A stretch of DNA of 64,000 nucleotides, from NCBI RefSeq assembly GCF_037042905.1, contig NC_087251.1:40116001-40180000 (forward strand). The letters are read 5' to 3'. The notes beneath the pieces were generated by a model, which saw nothing but the letters and a program-made list of their open reading frames with translations, was not told where the DNA came from and made no database searches. The stretch is from Lytechinus pictus (taxonomy: Eukaryota). A program made the position numbers and the translations under genes. Of the stretch, positions 52,801 through 64,000 are shown in pieces (positions within the stretch are counted from its first letter, which is position 1; each line of letters starts with the position of its first letter).

Positions 52801-55369
52801 ACAGTTCATTGACTTTAGCCCAGTTTGTTACTTACAAAAAGGAAAGAAATCTCCAATTATTCTGAATGTGGATATGGATCTTAGTATGTGTAATAAATCA
52901 TTAGCAAAGAGAATAAATGAGATAACCTGAGATGAATTCAAGTATATTAGAAAAGCTACAGGCAAAGTGACCCTGTTGGAGATTATTCAAGGAAAAAAAT
53001 CCATCAAGTTCTAGCGGAATGATAGCTTTACCTGATACTGTAATTTTATTAGCTTAAAAGTATTCATGATCTATCAAGTCCATAGTTCTAAACGCTTTTG
53101 AGAAGTCAAGGAAAGAAAATGATCTACACTAGATCTATGCCCTAAATTATTTTGTTTCATCGCACACCATACTGGCTTCGTCACTTTTGGTTTAGTGACC
53201 CATTTTTGCTTTCCATGCATGCGGGCATTTTAAAGGTCATTTCGAATGATTGAATTTTTCTACATATTTTTATACTATCATATGTGTATTTTTTTTCGTG
53301 AAAAATCATTTGTATTTGATGTATATCCTATATTACGAAACAATAATTTTTCAGATTGATAGACCTTGATGTCGATTTTTAATACGTGTGGGAGAACACG
53401 TTTATACTCTTATTTTTTATACTTCCCTAGATGAATACGGCCATTGAGAGAATTTTAGCAAAAATGTGTCAACTTAGTCATCAAAATTGTCTTTGGAGTT
53501 ATATAGGCCCTTATTCTGAAGTCTTGTTTAAATGAGACCATGGTTTAACTCTGTGCTAGAATTGTGAAAAACGAACATTGTCTATTTTGTAGGTTTTCGA
53601 TGTTTACCATGCGCTTTCCCCTCTCCTTGTATAAAAAAGAGGACTACATTCTCTAGGTTCTTTAGCCTTCTATGCTAGAACAGTTTTGGAGACTTTTAGA
53701 GGTCACCATTAATAGTTAAAACACAACTTTATACCATAGTTTTTGCAAACTTTAGAATACGGGTCATAAACGCCTGACCAGTCAACAGAACTGAACTCTT
53801 CTCCGAGGCATCCAATGCTTTTATCAGTAAAGTTGCGGATTATGAATTTATTTTACAGTTTTGCGTGTGATTGCACTGTTGGGAAAATGGGTAAAAATAA
53901 GAAAAGGGTCGGATATTATCTTCGCAATAATAAAAGTTCGTAAACACCTAGATTCTTTATTTAAGTTATCTGTTTGTATTAAAAGTGCAATAAAAAGCAC
54001 TACACTTCTTAATTTACACTTTTTAAATCGTTTTCATTTGATTTGTTTACAAATGATTGAGTAAAAGGAAGGGGGATGAATACGAGGAAAGAGCAATGGA
54101 AAGAGATGTATTATAAGAGAAATAATAAGAACTTTAAATGGCAAGTTCATCCATAAAAAGACAATTTTAATAAAAATAAACAAATTCTCACCATTCCTTT
54201 CTATTTTTTAATATAAAATATGAAATATTCCAACTTTTCCTCATTGTCATGTCAAACGAATCTTTAATCCCCCTGAACATCTGGAATTATACCACTGTTT
54301 TAGCATTCTATGAATCAGTCACACTTGAAAAAGAGGATAGAACATCGTCAAATATTTCACCTTCAAATCACCCAGGATATGTTTTGGAATATACCATGAA
54401 GGTACGTGTCAACCTTGTTTTTAATATATGCAGTGGCATAACTACGGGGGCACGTCCCCCTCCCCCCGCCCATCTGCTGGCCAAAAAGAAAGAGAAAAAG
54501 AGGGACAAAGAGAAACTAATGTACTGGAAGAAGAAATTGGTGAATATTATCATTTTATATCATATTACAGCATAATTGTCATAGCTTTTTGATTCGTGGT
54601 AACATCTAAAACGGGTTCTCCTTAGGTGAAAGGAGCACTAAGTACACGTTTGTGAGGGGGGATACGCTCGCGTAAAAAGGGCACCTTTTCAGTGCTTCAA
54701 AAAGTGTGTGTGGGGGGGACTGTGTCCGCGGCCTCCCCAGAATCGCCACCCCTGCTTTTCGTTAATTCAGACTAAAAGATATGACAAACCGAAGTATATG
54801 AACAATCTGAAAAACGAATATCCAGTCAGCCCCCACCCACCCATCTACATATATATTTTTTTAAATGAATGAAAAATGGGTTGCTTTATCATTTCCATTT
54901 GTTCGTCGTCTATAACGGCAGATGAATGATGTTGAAGACAGATACGGTGATTACATTTTATCATACACTAACCTTGTTTTCTTGTCACTAAGCGTCAGCT
55001 TTAAGTCTTATAGAGCCAAAATAAAATACTGTTCAATCAGGAGTGCAGGTTTCCACCATCCAAATACGTCCAACTTCACTGCAGAATACGGAAAGACAAC
55101 TAGACTGCATCTCATCTCCTCTCATCCTACAGCTACAAAGGACATGCGAGATTCGGGGATTCTGTGAAGGGTCAACAAAGAGAAAGAGCAATGAAGAGAT
55201 TTATCAGGTATAATTATAGCTCCTGTGTAATTACAAGTAACCCTCCACTGCTCTACATCACAAGATCAATTCTTATTTATTTATATAATGTAAAGAAAAT
55301 ATTGATTGATTTGATAACAATAATGATGATAAAAATAGTAATAAGGAGAATGCTAAGAATGCACATTTT

Positions 55370-57153
55370 AATTTGTGATACTGTCCTGTAGTACTTCCCT
55401 GTGATACTGGTCTGCGGAATTCCTGTAGTACTGTCCTGTCATACTATCATGTGATACTATCCTGTGATACTGTCCTGTAGTACTAGTAGTAGTGTGGTAG
55501 TGGTTGTAGCGGTTGTGGTGATCGTGTCCTGTCATACTTCCTGCCATACTTATGCGGTTATTACCACAGGAAGTATCACAGGACACGGACCTGTTGTACT
55601 CCTGTTGTACAGTTCTGTAGTACCGTCCCAAATTACGTGCACGTAATTCCTGCAGTACTTTCCTGCGATACTTCCTGCAGTACATATCACAGAGTACTAC
55701 AGAAATTTTTTGTAAGGGCCCCTACCCCACCCCCGGACAATTCCACTCCCCCACCCTGGACAATTACCCCCCCCCCCCCCGACAACTACACTGTAGTCTG
55801 TACCCCTATCCAAAAATCTACACCTAACCTAACCTAACCCTGTTTCGGGGGTAATTGCCCTGTGGTAGGATACATTCGCCGGCTGGTGGCCTTACGGCGA
55901 GTCAAAATTAGCCGTTTTAATCATCCTTGTACCAGCTACTACCAGCTACACATGGGTGGTTTGTACAGGAATACCTAAAACTGCTGATTTTGTCTCGCCG
56001 TAAGGCAACCGGTCAGCGAATGTGACCAAGGTATTAATAATACTTGCTTATTGTTGTGTTAGAGGGAAGGATTCTGGGTCGAATCTAGCTTTCTTTATGT
56101 GATCTCAAAATGGCAGCAATGTATGAATAGTGAAAGTAATTCATGTGGCATCTCAATGTTGGTGGATATAAATCTTTGTACATGTATTATCCTAAAGATG
56201 AAATGTTACTGCATTATTCTAGCAGTCATTTATAATATCAAAGATGTTCTATACTGTGCATAGTACAACTCATACATAATAAAGGTATGTGAATATGCTT
56301 TTAACGTCTTTGCAAATTTGTGTTTTTTTTTCACCCCTCTTTATTAGTCAAGATGTCAAAGTTGTTGTGCTGGATCACAGGAAATTCTTACAAACTACTA
56401 CGCCTAACAAACCAGTGCAGGACGGTGTCGTGAGAAAATCGCACAGACTACTACAGGACAATACCATAGGATTGTCACAGGAAATCAACAAGAATACCCC
56501 TGCAGGATTACCACAGTAAAGTATCACAAGAAGGCTGCAGGATGAGACCAATAATGCCACACAAGATATCAAAGAACAGTATCACATGAATACCACAGGA
56601 CAGTACTGCGGTAAGGTCTCTTGGTATTCCTGCAGTACTGTCCTGTAGTACTGTTCTGTAGTACTTTCCTGTGATACTGGTCTGCGGAATTCCTATAGTA
56701 CTGTCCTGTCATACTGTCCTGTGATACTATCTATCACCACAGGATAGTATCACAGGACAGTACTACAGGAATACCAGACCAGTATCACAGGACAGTACTA
56801 CAGGAATACCAGACCAGTATCACAGGACAGTACTACAGGACACAGTACCAGAAGCCTGCGGTATTCCTGTTGTACTGTCATGTGATACTGGTCTGGTATT
56901 CCTGTAGTACTGTCCTGCGATACTGTCCTGTAGTACTTCCCTGTGATACTGGTCTGCGGAATTCCTGTAGTACTGTCCTGTCATACTATCATGTGATACT
57001 ATCCTGTGATACTGTCTTGTAGTACTAGTAGTAGTGTGGTCGTGGTTGTAGCGGTTGTGGTGATCGTGTCCTGTCATACTTCCTGCCATACTTATACTTA
57101 TCTACACCTAACCTAACCTAACCCTGTTTCGGGGGTAATTGCCCTGTGGTAGG
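55370..57153. repeat. Rearranged array of GTACTGTCCTGT-type repeats with local duplication
   Basis: ~55374-55552 is nearly identical to ~56916-57094, and ~55818-55868 is repeated at ~57101-57153; inverted blocks lie between. Confidence 0.7.
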
Positions 57154-57299
57154 TTTGTGCACAGGGTAAACATGACTTGATATTGATTTTCTTTGCTTGA
57201 ACATTAGAAATTATAAGATTTCAATGAATATTATTTGTAATCAAAGAAAGAGAATTAAAATAATAATCTTAGGATTTCTATCAAAAAATAAAAACAGAT

Positions 57300-59160
57300 T
57301 GATTTCAATTGTCTAGTATTATCTCATTATTGTCTTGTTATTGTGGTCTCAATAAAATTGTTGATATTATTATTGTCTCATCATCGTTTCATTATTGTCC
57401 CAATTATTATTATAATAATTATTATTATCATGATAATCATTTTTGTTTCATTAATATTATTTTCTAAATAATTATTACAATTATAATTACTATCATTATA
57501 GTAATTATTGTTATAATTATTTCATAATAATAATCATTATTGAAATAATAATTATTATTGTCTCAATAATTATAAGGCCTTTAATTATAATTATGATTAT
57601 TTTTATAATTATAATTATAATAATTTTTATAATAACAATCATTATTGATGACTTATCAATATTACTGTCTCAGTAATTATTACAAGTACAATTACTTTCA
57701 TTATAATTGTTATCATTATAATTATTTTATGATAATTATTATTGTTGGAATAATAGTTATTATTGTCTCAATAATTATAAGGCTTTTAATTATAACTATT
57801 TCTACAATTATATTTATTTTAATTATAAATAAGTATTATTATTATAATGATTATTATTGATATCTCATTAATATTATTGTCTCAGTAATTATTACAATTC
57901 AAATTACATCATTATAATTGTTATCATTACAATTATTTTATTATAATAATGATTACTGTAATAATTATTATTGTCAATAAATACTAGAATTGATGTCTCA
58001 TTAACATTGTCTCAATAATTATTACAATTATAATTATTAGAAAGTCAAAAAGGGGCCTAAGCTTTCGATCCTAGCAGAAGCTTCGTGGAGGCAAAATGAC
58101 AAACATATAAAGTGGAACAACCATAATATAGACCACAAACAAGCTACAGCAACACTAGAAACAAGGAGACAAAAGGGGCATTAGTGAGTATAGAGAAGAC
58201 CAATCAGGTTAGTGAAGGGGATGAAAGAAAAGGAGTAGGCAGACACAAAGGGAAGTTAGGGTAAGGCCAGTAAAAGACCTCAAGCCAAGAGGGATTAAGA
58301 TAATGAGGCAGGCAACATCAAACAGGATCTGGAACAAAACAGTGATAGAGGGATGAATAACAAGAGAATTAGTGAGAGGTGGGTCAAACAGGTTACAAAG
58401 AAAGGCTTAATAAACTGGTGCATAAGAGTGGGGGAAAAAAAGGAAAAGAATAGGGAACAACTGATAATGTGCAAAAGACATATAAGTATATATGATAAAG
58501 CATTAAACAAACTAAGAGAAGAAGGTAAGTGTAAATATGTATCTATAGGTGATATGTATATAAATATATCCAAAAAAGAAATGTATATGAAACAATATAA
58601 ATACACATATGGTGTAACTGATATTGTAATCCGCTAGGTGTGACGGGAAAAAAAACATAAGACTATATAGTAGAAAAAAACAAACAAACAAACAAAGAAA
58701 AAAAAAAAAAAAAAAAAAAAACCCTGTATATGTGAAAAGGAGAAAGCAAATTGCCTAAAAAGGTAAAATCAAATATAGAAGAGAGGGGGTGTATTATGAA
58801 GAAACCATAGTATACATGTAAATAAGCAAATGTGGTAAATCTAAAAGAGGTGAGTGGAGAAAAAAAAAATTATATATATATATCATAATTATTATATTGC
58901 CTGAATAAGGAAGGAAAAATGGGAGCTGAGCTTGTATGAGATATGGGAGGAAAGTAGAGGAAGAAACTATAATGTAACTATTCAAAAGAGCTGAGGGGAA
59001 AAATTATCATTATAATCATAATTGTTTTCATTATAATCATAATAATTATTATTGTAATAATAATTATTATAATTGTCTCATATTATTAATGTCTCATCAT
59101 CACTGTTGCCTCATTATTGTCTTCTCTTATTTTTTCATAATATCTTCAAAATAATAATTG
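57300..59160. repeat. (ATT/AAT)-rich low-complexity tract interrupted at ~58040-59000
   Basis: Degenerate ATTATTGTCTCA-containing array on both sides of the interruption. Confidence 0.75.
58040..59000 (-). mobile_element. Penelope-like terminal repeat (pLTR-like) with hammerhead-like motif at 58055-58092
   Basis: First ~80 bp nearly identical to 41779-41854; minus strand GCCT CCACGA AGCTTC-TGCTA-GGATC GAAAGCTT AGGC, preceded by long pyrimidine-rich sequence. Confidence 0.5.
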
Positions 59161-59689
59161 ACACCATAACAAAGGTCCATAAATCAGATATCAAATTCAT
59201 GAAACACATCTCATGTATGTAAACCTATTTCTAAATTAAATTCATGAAATGAGCTTTCTGTGCCATTCAAAAATACGACTTTCATTAACAATACCATATT
59301 CTAGACATTCAGACGCATTCCAACAAAAAAATCACTTATCAAACAAAATTCTTGAAGTTTACTTGCAGTTTTGCTCTTAATACTTATTTCCCACGAATTC
59401 TACCAAATTATTTTCAAAATAACAATTTGATTTTCATAATTAACAGAGCTCAAATCGTAATTTAAAAAAATATACAACGGCTGAAACATACTGTGTCTGA
59501 ATACCAAGACTAATCTCAGGCCCAACGCAGTGGGGATGACGCTCAAAACAACCCTGCTCGATCAGCCGAGTCAGATTCACAAACACCTCATGACACTCAA
59601 AACTGAAGCTCATATCCGCAGGCTCTCTACGGACCAAATTTGATTAGAATTTAACAAAATGTTCTCAAATATACAATTTTATTACTGAC

Positions 59690-61250
59690 CGAGTATACAA
59701 GGGATCCGATGATTACAAGCAAAGAAAAATAAATACCTGAATATTAGGTCCTTCCCTCGCATGAAGGTAATGGATACTCCGTCTTGTATATTTCCGATGT
59801 TTACCGAAGATGTACGAAGCAACCGCGGGAATTTTTTACCAATCAAAATTAGCGGAATAAAGGAAGAAACTGACTCTGTCTTTTCGAGCAATGCCGAATG
59901 CAACTCCAGCGCTCGGCCAAAGTGCTGAGCGGAGCGAACTGTGTGTGTTAGATATGCGCTCGCCATTCACTGCAATGCAAAAATCTACGTCTAGCGCACT
60001 CTAGGCGACACCCCAATACTTACCCGTGCTAATAAACTGGGACTCCACTCACGCGCATTTGGGCCGCCCTAGCTTAGAACTAAGCAATATTATCTAGAAA
60101 TTGTTAAACTCTAGTCATGAAATATGTTCTATTAAATAAATTGATAATGTTTAATCGGTACTCACCGGTTCTTTTGTTGCATTTTCAGACCATTTCTCAC
60201 AATTCTTCGTAAATATTTGCGGCATAGACAGCTATACATCCATCTTTATTAATAAATGGAGCGCCCTTTACGATAGTTGTTAATGCCGCGGAGAAATCGT
60301 TAGGCATTTTGGCATGTGTTCAAGGCGTTCTTTCTGTTTTATTTTTTATATTGAAGATTGTGCATTTGTTCAATAGCGCCGTCTATGATTCCGATTCCGA
60401 CCTGGCGCTGTTTAACTTCAATCTCTTTCACCTAAATTAGCGATGAATGATAGCATTATAAAATATATATTATTAACGTCTGACGAAAAGAATAACCAAC
60501 CGATCAGCTGACGAGAACGCGAATCACGTGATCTTCATATCAGCTTCGATCGCGAGTCAGAAGTGAAGAGCAACTGCCCAGAAAATCAGGAAAAAGCCGT
60601 GAAAATGTAAGTTCCCCTTCATTTCTTTCATTTTTTTGTTGTTGCTAACGATGCATTTACACTATAAAATTATAATTTAAATAAGAGAAAGGAATATAGC
60701 TTGTACTTGTGATATAATATATAAATATCCTGTTCTCAGAGATTTCTAACCAAAAATACTACTGATGTCGCCTATGAGGTCCATACATGTAATGTTTGGA
60801 CCTCATTGGTACTAGGAGTGGTCTAGCGCTGTGTCCGCGCAATCGCCCGCCCGACTGAAGACTGAAGTTAGCAACCTAGATATTGAGCACTCACACAACA
60901 TGCGAGGTTAGTATACTAACCTCGCACAACACATGTGATTTCATAGTGCATTTTGACGTTTTCATTCATCACACGAATGTGAGGGACTAAACTACGCCAA
61001 ACCTTTCAATATTTGTCCACTATGTTAATCTTGATCGTATGATCAAGTTTATTTGAAAAAGCAATTATAAATTATTTATTAAAGTGTTTTTATCGCTTAC
61101 CTCCAAATCTCAACCAGGATACTTCGCTCGGTCCGTCCTTAGTCATCCTTCGTACTGCGGTGGAAATTACGCAAACAACAATCGAAATGCGAAATTTTCC
61201 TATCGAACATTCTCGATTCAAGTCGTCGGCGCATAATAGGAAATTGTACC
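59690..61250. promoter_or_regulatory. Putative bidirectional promoter / first-exon cluster
   Basis: CpG-enriched, CACGTG E-box near 60525, plus-strand donor AAT|GTAAGT at 60607, minus-strand donors near 59689, 60023, 60165 and 61100. Confidence 0.4.
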
Positions 61251-61704
61251 AAAAATCAACATAGTTCTCTATTTATTCAAACAATTTTTTCTGGGGTGCA
61301 CTTGACCTTTAAGAGATTTTCCAATGAAAATATTACATGGAACTTGGAAATACAAATCATAATTTGGTTGAACAAAATGTTTTCTGTTAAAGTATAAAAC
61401 AGAAGAGGAACATATCCTTCACGTATTTTTATATCCAAAATATGTTGCCTTAGTATGGAATAATCACAATGACATAAAATGAAAATGGGTAAAGTACCTT
61501 TCTAATGATCATTGAGATTTCGCCTGTGGAATCATTGTTTGATAATTTTCAAAGCTTTAAATAGATGAAAATGTTCATTGAGAAAATATACATATATATG
61601 TATGAACAAAATGATAATGTCCCGATTGTTTCGCATTACGTGTGTTAGATTGCGGGCGTTTGTGTGTGTGTGTAGGAAGCAAGATGTTCGTGTTAATGTT
61701 TGCA

Positions 61705-62205
61705 CAAAAAAGGAGAGGGAAAGGGAAAGGAAAAGGGAGGGGGAAAGGTAGAGGAGAGAGAGGGAAAAGGAGACCATAAAATAGAAAGAAAACAAAGGAA
61801 AGGAAGAGGGGAAGGGAGAGGGAAAGAAAAATGGAAAGAGCGAGAAAAGAGTACATAGGGGAGGGAGAAAGGAAAGAAAAGAAGGGAAAGGAAAAAGCGA
61901 GAAAGGGAATGGAGGGGGCGGGAAAGGAAAGGAGAGACAATAAAAGACAGATCAGGGGAGGGGGAAAGGTAGAGGAGAGAGAGGGAAAAGGAGACCATAA
62001 AATAGAAAGAAAACAAAAGAAAGGAAGAGGGGAAGGGAGAGGGAAAGAAAAATGGAAAGAGCGAGAAAAGAGTAGGGGAGGGAGAAAGGAAAGAAAAGAA
62101 GGGAAAGGAAAAGCGAAAAAGGGAAGGGAAAGGGAGAGAAGAAAAGAAGGGAGAACGAAAATGGGGAAAGGGAGAAGGAGAGGGGATAATGAAGGGGATA
62201 GGAAA
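61705..62205. repeat. GA-rich tract with ~220-bp tandem duplication
   Basis: GGGGAGGGGGAAAGGTAGAGGAGAGAG...GAGACCATAAAATAGAAAG-type unit occurs at ~61735 and ~61955. Confidence 0.85.
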
Positions 62206-63039
62206 ATGTCAAGTTTGAAGATCTGAATATTAACACTAAAACAAAATTAGACTCCCATGTTTTATTTATAAAAATACAATCTTTTTCATGATTATAAAGG
62301 TTCAACGTCCCTGTTCTAGGTCTAAACTTCAACATAAATCTACTGGCGCTTCGCGCTTGAATTCTGGAGGTCATTCCTCTTTTAAAAGTATAGGTAATCT
62401 GTCGGACTTTTCAAATCCCAAATTTAAATCTTAAGCGCAAATGCCCTCGCATTATTTTTCATTTAGATACAGTCCTGTCATCAATATCAAAAACTCTAAG
62501 CGCGAGCTTCGCGCTGGCATCATTTTTGTAAGTGACATTTATGATGTTGTTCATATTTTAAAAATGTCCATTTGTTGAGGTTTAAATGTCCAAAAGTTCA
62601 GCGCTCGCATAATTTGTAAGGTAAATAGACCTACCCTTTTAATTGTTATACAACGTCCAGAATGCAGTTCGGAATATTGAAAATAACTATTGGTCCCGCT
62701 ATTTCTGCCCGTGCGACAAGCATTTATCATTTTGAATCATGAGATTCACCTTTAAAATATGATGAAAAAGTATCGTTAAGACTGAATTAAGAAAAAAAGA
62801 AGCTCACGTTTCACGCTCGCATTTTAATTGATCCGTTAGCTTGTGATAATAATGGTGACTTCGTTAATATATCTTAGCGGACATGTCCACCTTTTGGTGC
62901 TTCAAGAAAAATAAACACAACACACAAATAATAATAGAAAACGAACAAGAATAGAATAGATAGTTACCTATCCCACTCATGAATTCTTATTTAACAGTCC
63001 CCAAAACGTATTTTTTTTCGTGTTAGCTTATTTCATATA

Positions 63040-63048
63040 CATATATAT

Positions 63049-63081
<33 letters not shown>

Positions 63082-63102
63082 TATAGGCGTAAATAAATCA
63101 AG

Positions 63103-63177
<75 letters not shown>
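63040..63177. repeat. (TA)n microsatellite
   Basis: Two adjacent runs of TA repeats. Confidence 0.95.
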
Positions 63178-63179
<2 letters not shown>

Positions 63180-64000
63180 TCTCCTCATCATGGTTATAAA
63201 AAGTGCTCAGAATGTTTTATTTTCAAGTCCTTGTATCAGAATTTTCAGCTCGGGCAGCTCTATCGCATTTTGATTACTATCCTGTTGATTTATTTACTTG
63301 AACAAAATATTTAAAATGTCCAGCTTTTAGAACAGATATCAAAAAAAGGTATTCACCTTTGATCATAGATGAGGAAGAAGAAAAAAGTGAAAAAAAATAG
63401 GAAACAAACTAACGAATTAATGTGACATAATTTTTCTTCATTTCAAGGCGACTCTTTACATTTCATCATCGCTGATGGCGCTACAATAGAAAATACCGCT
63501 TGACAGCAAAAAAAAAAAACAGAAAGAGGAAAATAATGCTGAGCGTCTAAAATGCAGCTAGCAGTACAAGCTGCAGAACCGTAAACAAACATCTTGTGAA
63601 TAATATCGCGCGCCCTCTTTAAGCAAAAGTTTACAACCACAATTACCCTGCGGTATCTACGTGAAGATCACGAGAAAATGCATTTTTTTTCTTAAAAACA
63701 CACCAAAGAGAAGACAAGAAACGATCCATATGGTTCGGTAAGTGTCATAGCACAATTAGAAACATTATTTTAAAAGGAATGGCTTAGTTATTTTAGTAAA
63801 AAGGGTGTGAAAAATTTGCGTGCACCATGTGCATATGAATCCTTCGCACGCGAGATGCATTGATCCCATGAGTGATATTGAGGTATGATCGATTACAATT
63901 TTTTTCTCGAGCATGGCCTATATCACGAGTATGCCCGGAAAAGTGTCAAGACGTCAATGATGAAGAAGTATATGACAGTATATAAAAAATCATCATCATT

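Noticed and set aside
55368..57089. Duplicated MAGSMTGHDHHNRY ORFs as a gene family
   Set aside because: They arise from the duplicated GTACTGTCCTGT repeat array.

Overview
AT-rich, repeat-dense animal genomic DNA. The SINE/MITE repertoire looks echinoderm (sea-urchin-like); this is an inference. The only clearly intact host gene is the 3' two-thirds of RAD51 (+ strand, six coding exons, 1-7533), with exon lengths matching human RAD51 as I recall them. Most of the rest is mobile DNA: tRNA-derived SINEs, piggyBac-, Kolobok- and Harbinger-type MITEs, Helentron-associated elements, and RTE, CR1, Rex1-like and Penelope-like fragments. There is also a decayed Harbinger transposase and an internally deleted Gypsy element whose gag is split by a 1.6-kb insertion with a 10-bp direct repeat. 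The most notable feature is largely invisible in the ORF track: a five-exon decayed gene (46124-51305, +) encoding a DUF6589-like (probably AcademH/AcademHP-type) transposase with two tandem ING-type PHD fingers inserted. Other points are two copies of a Penelope-type minimal hammerhead-ribozyme-like motif and several orphan promoter/first-exon signals suggesting spliced non-coding or decayed transcripts. All family assignments are by eye and from memory; no searches were run.
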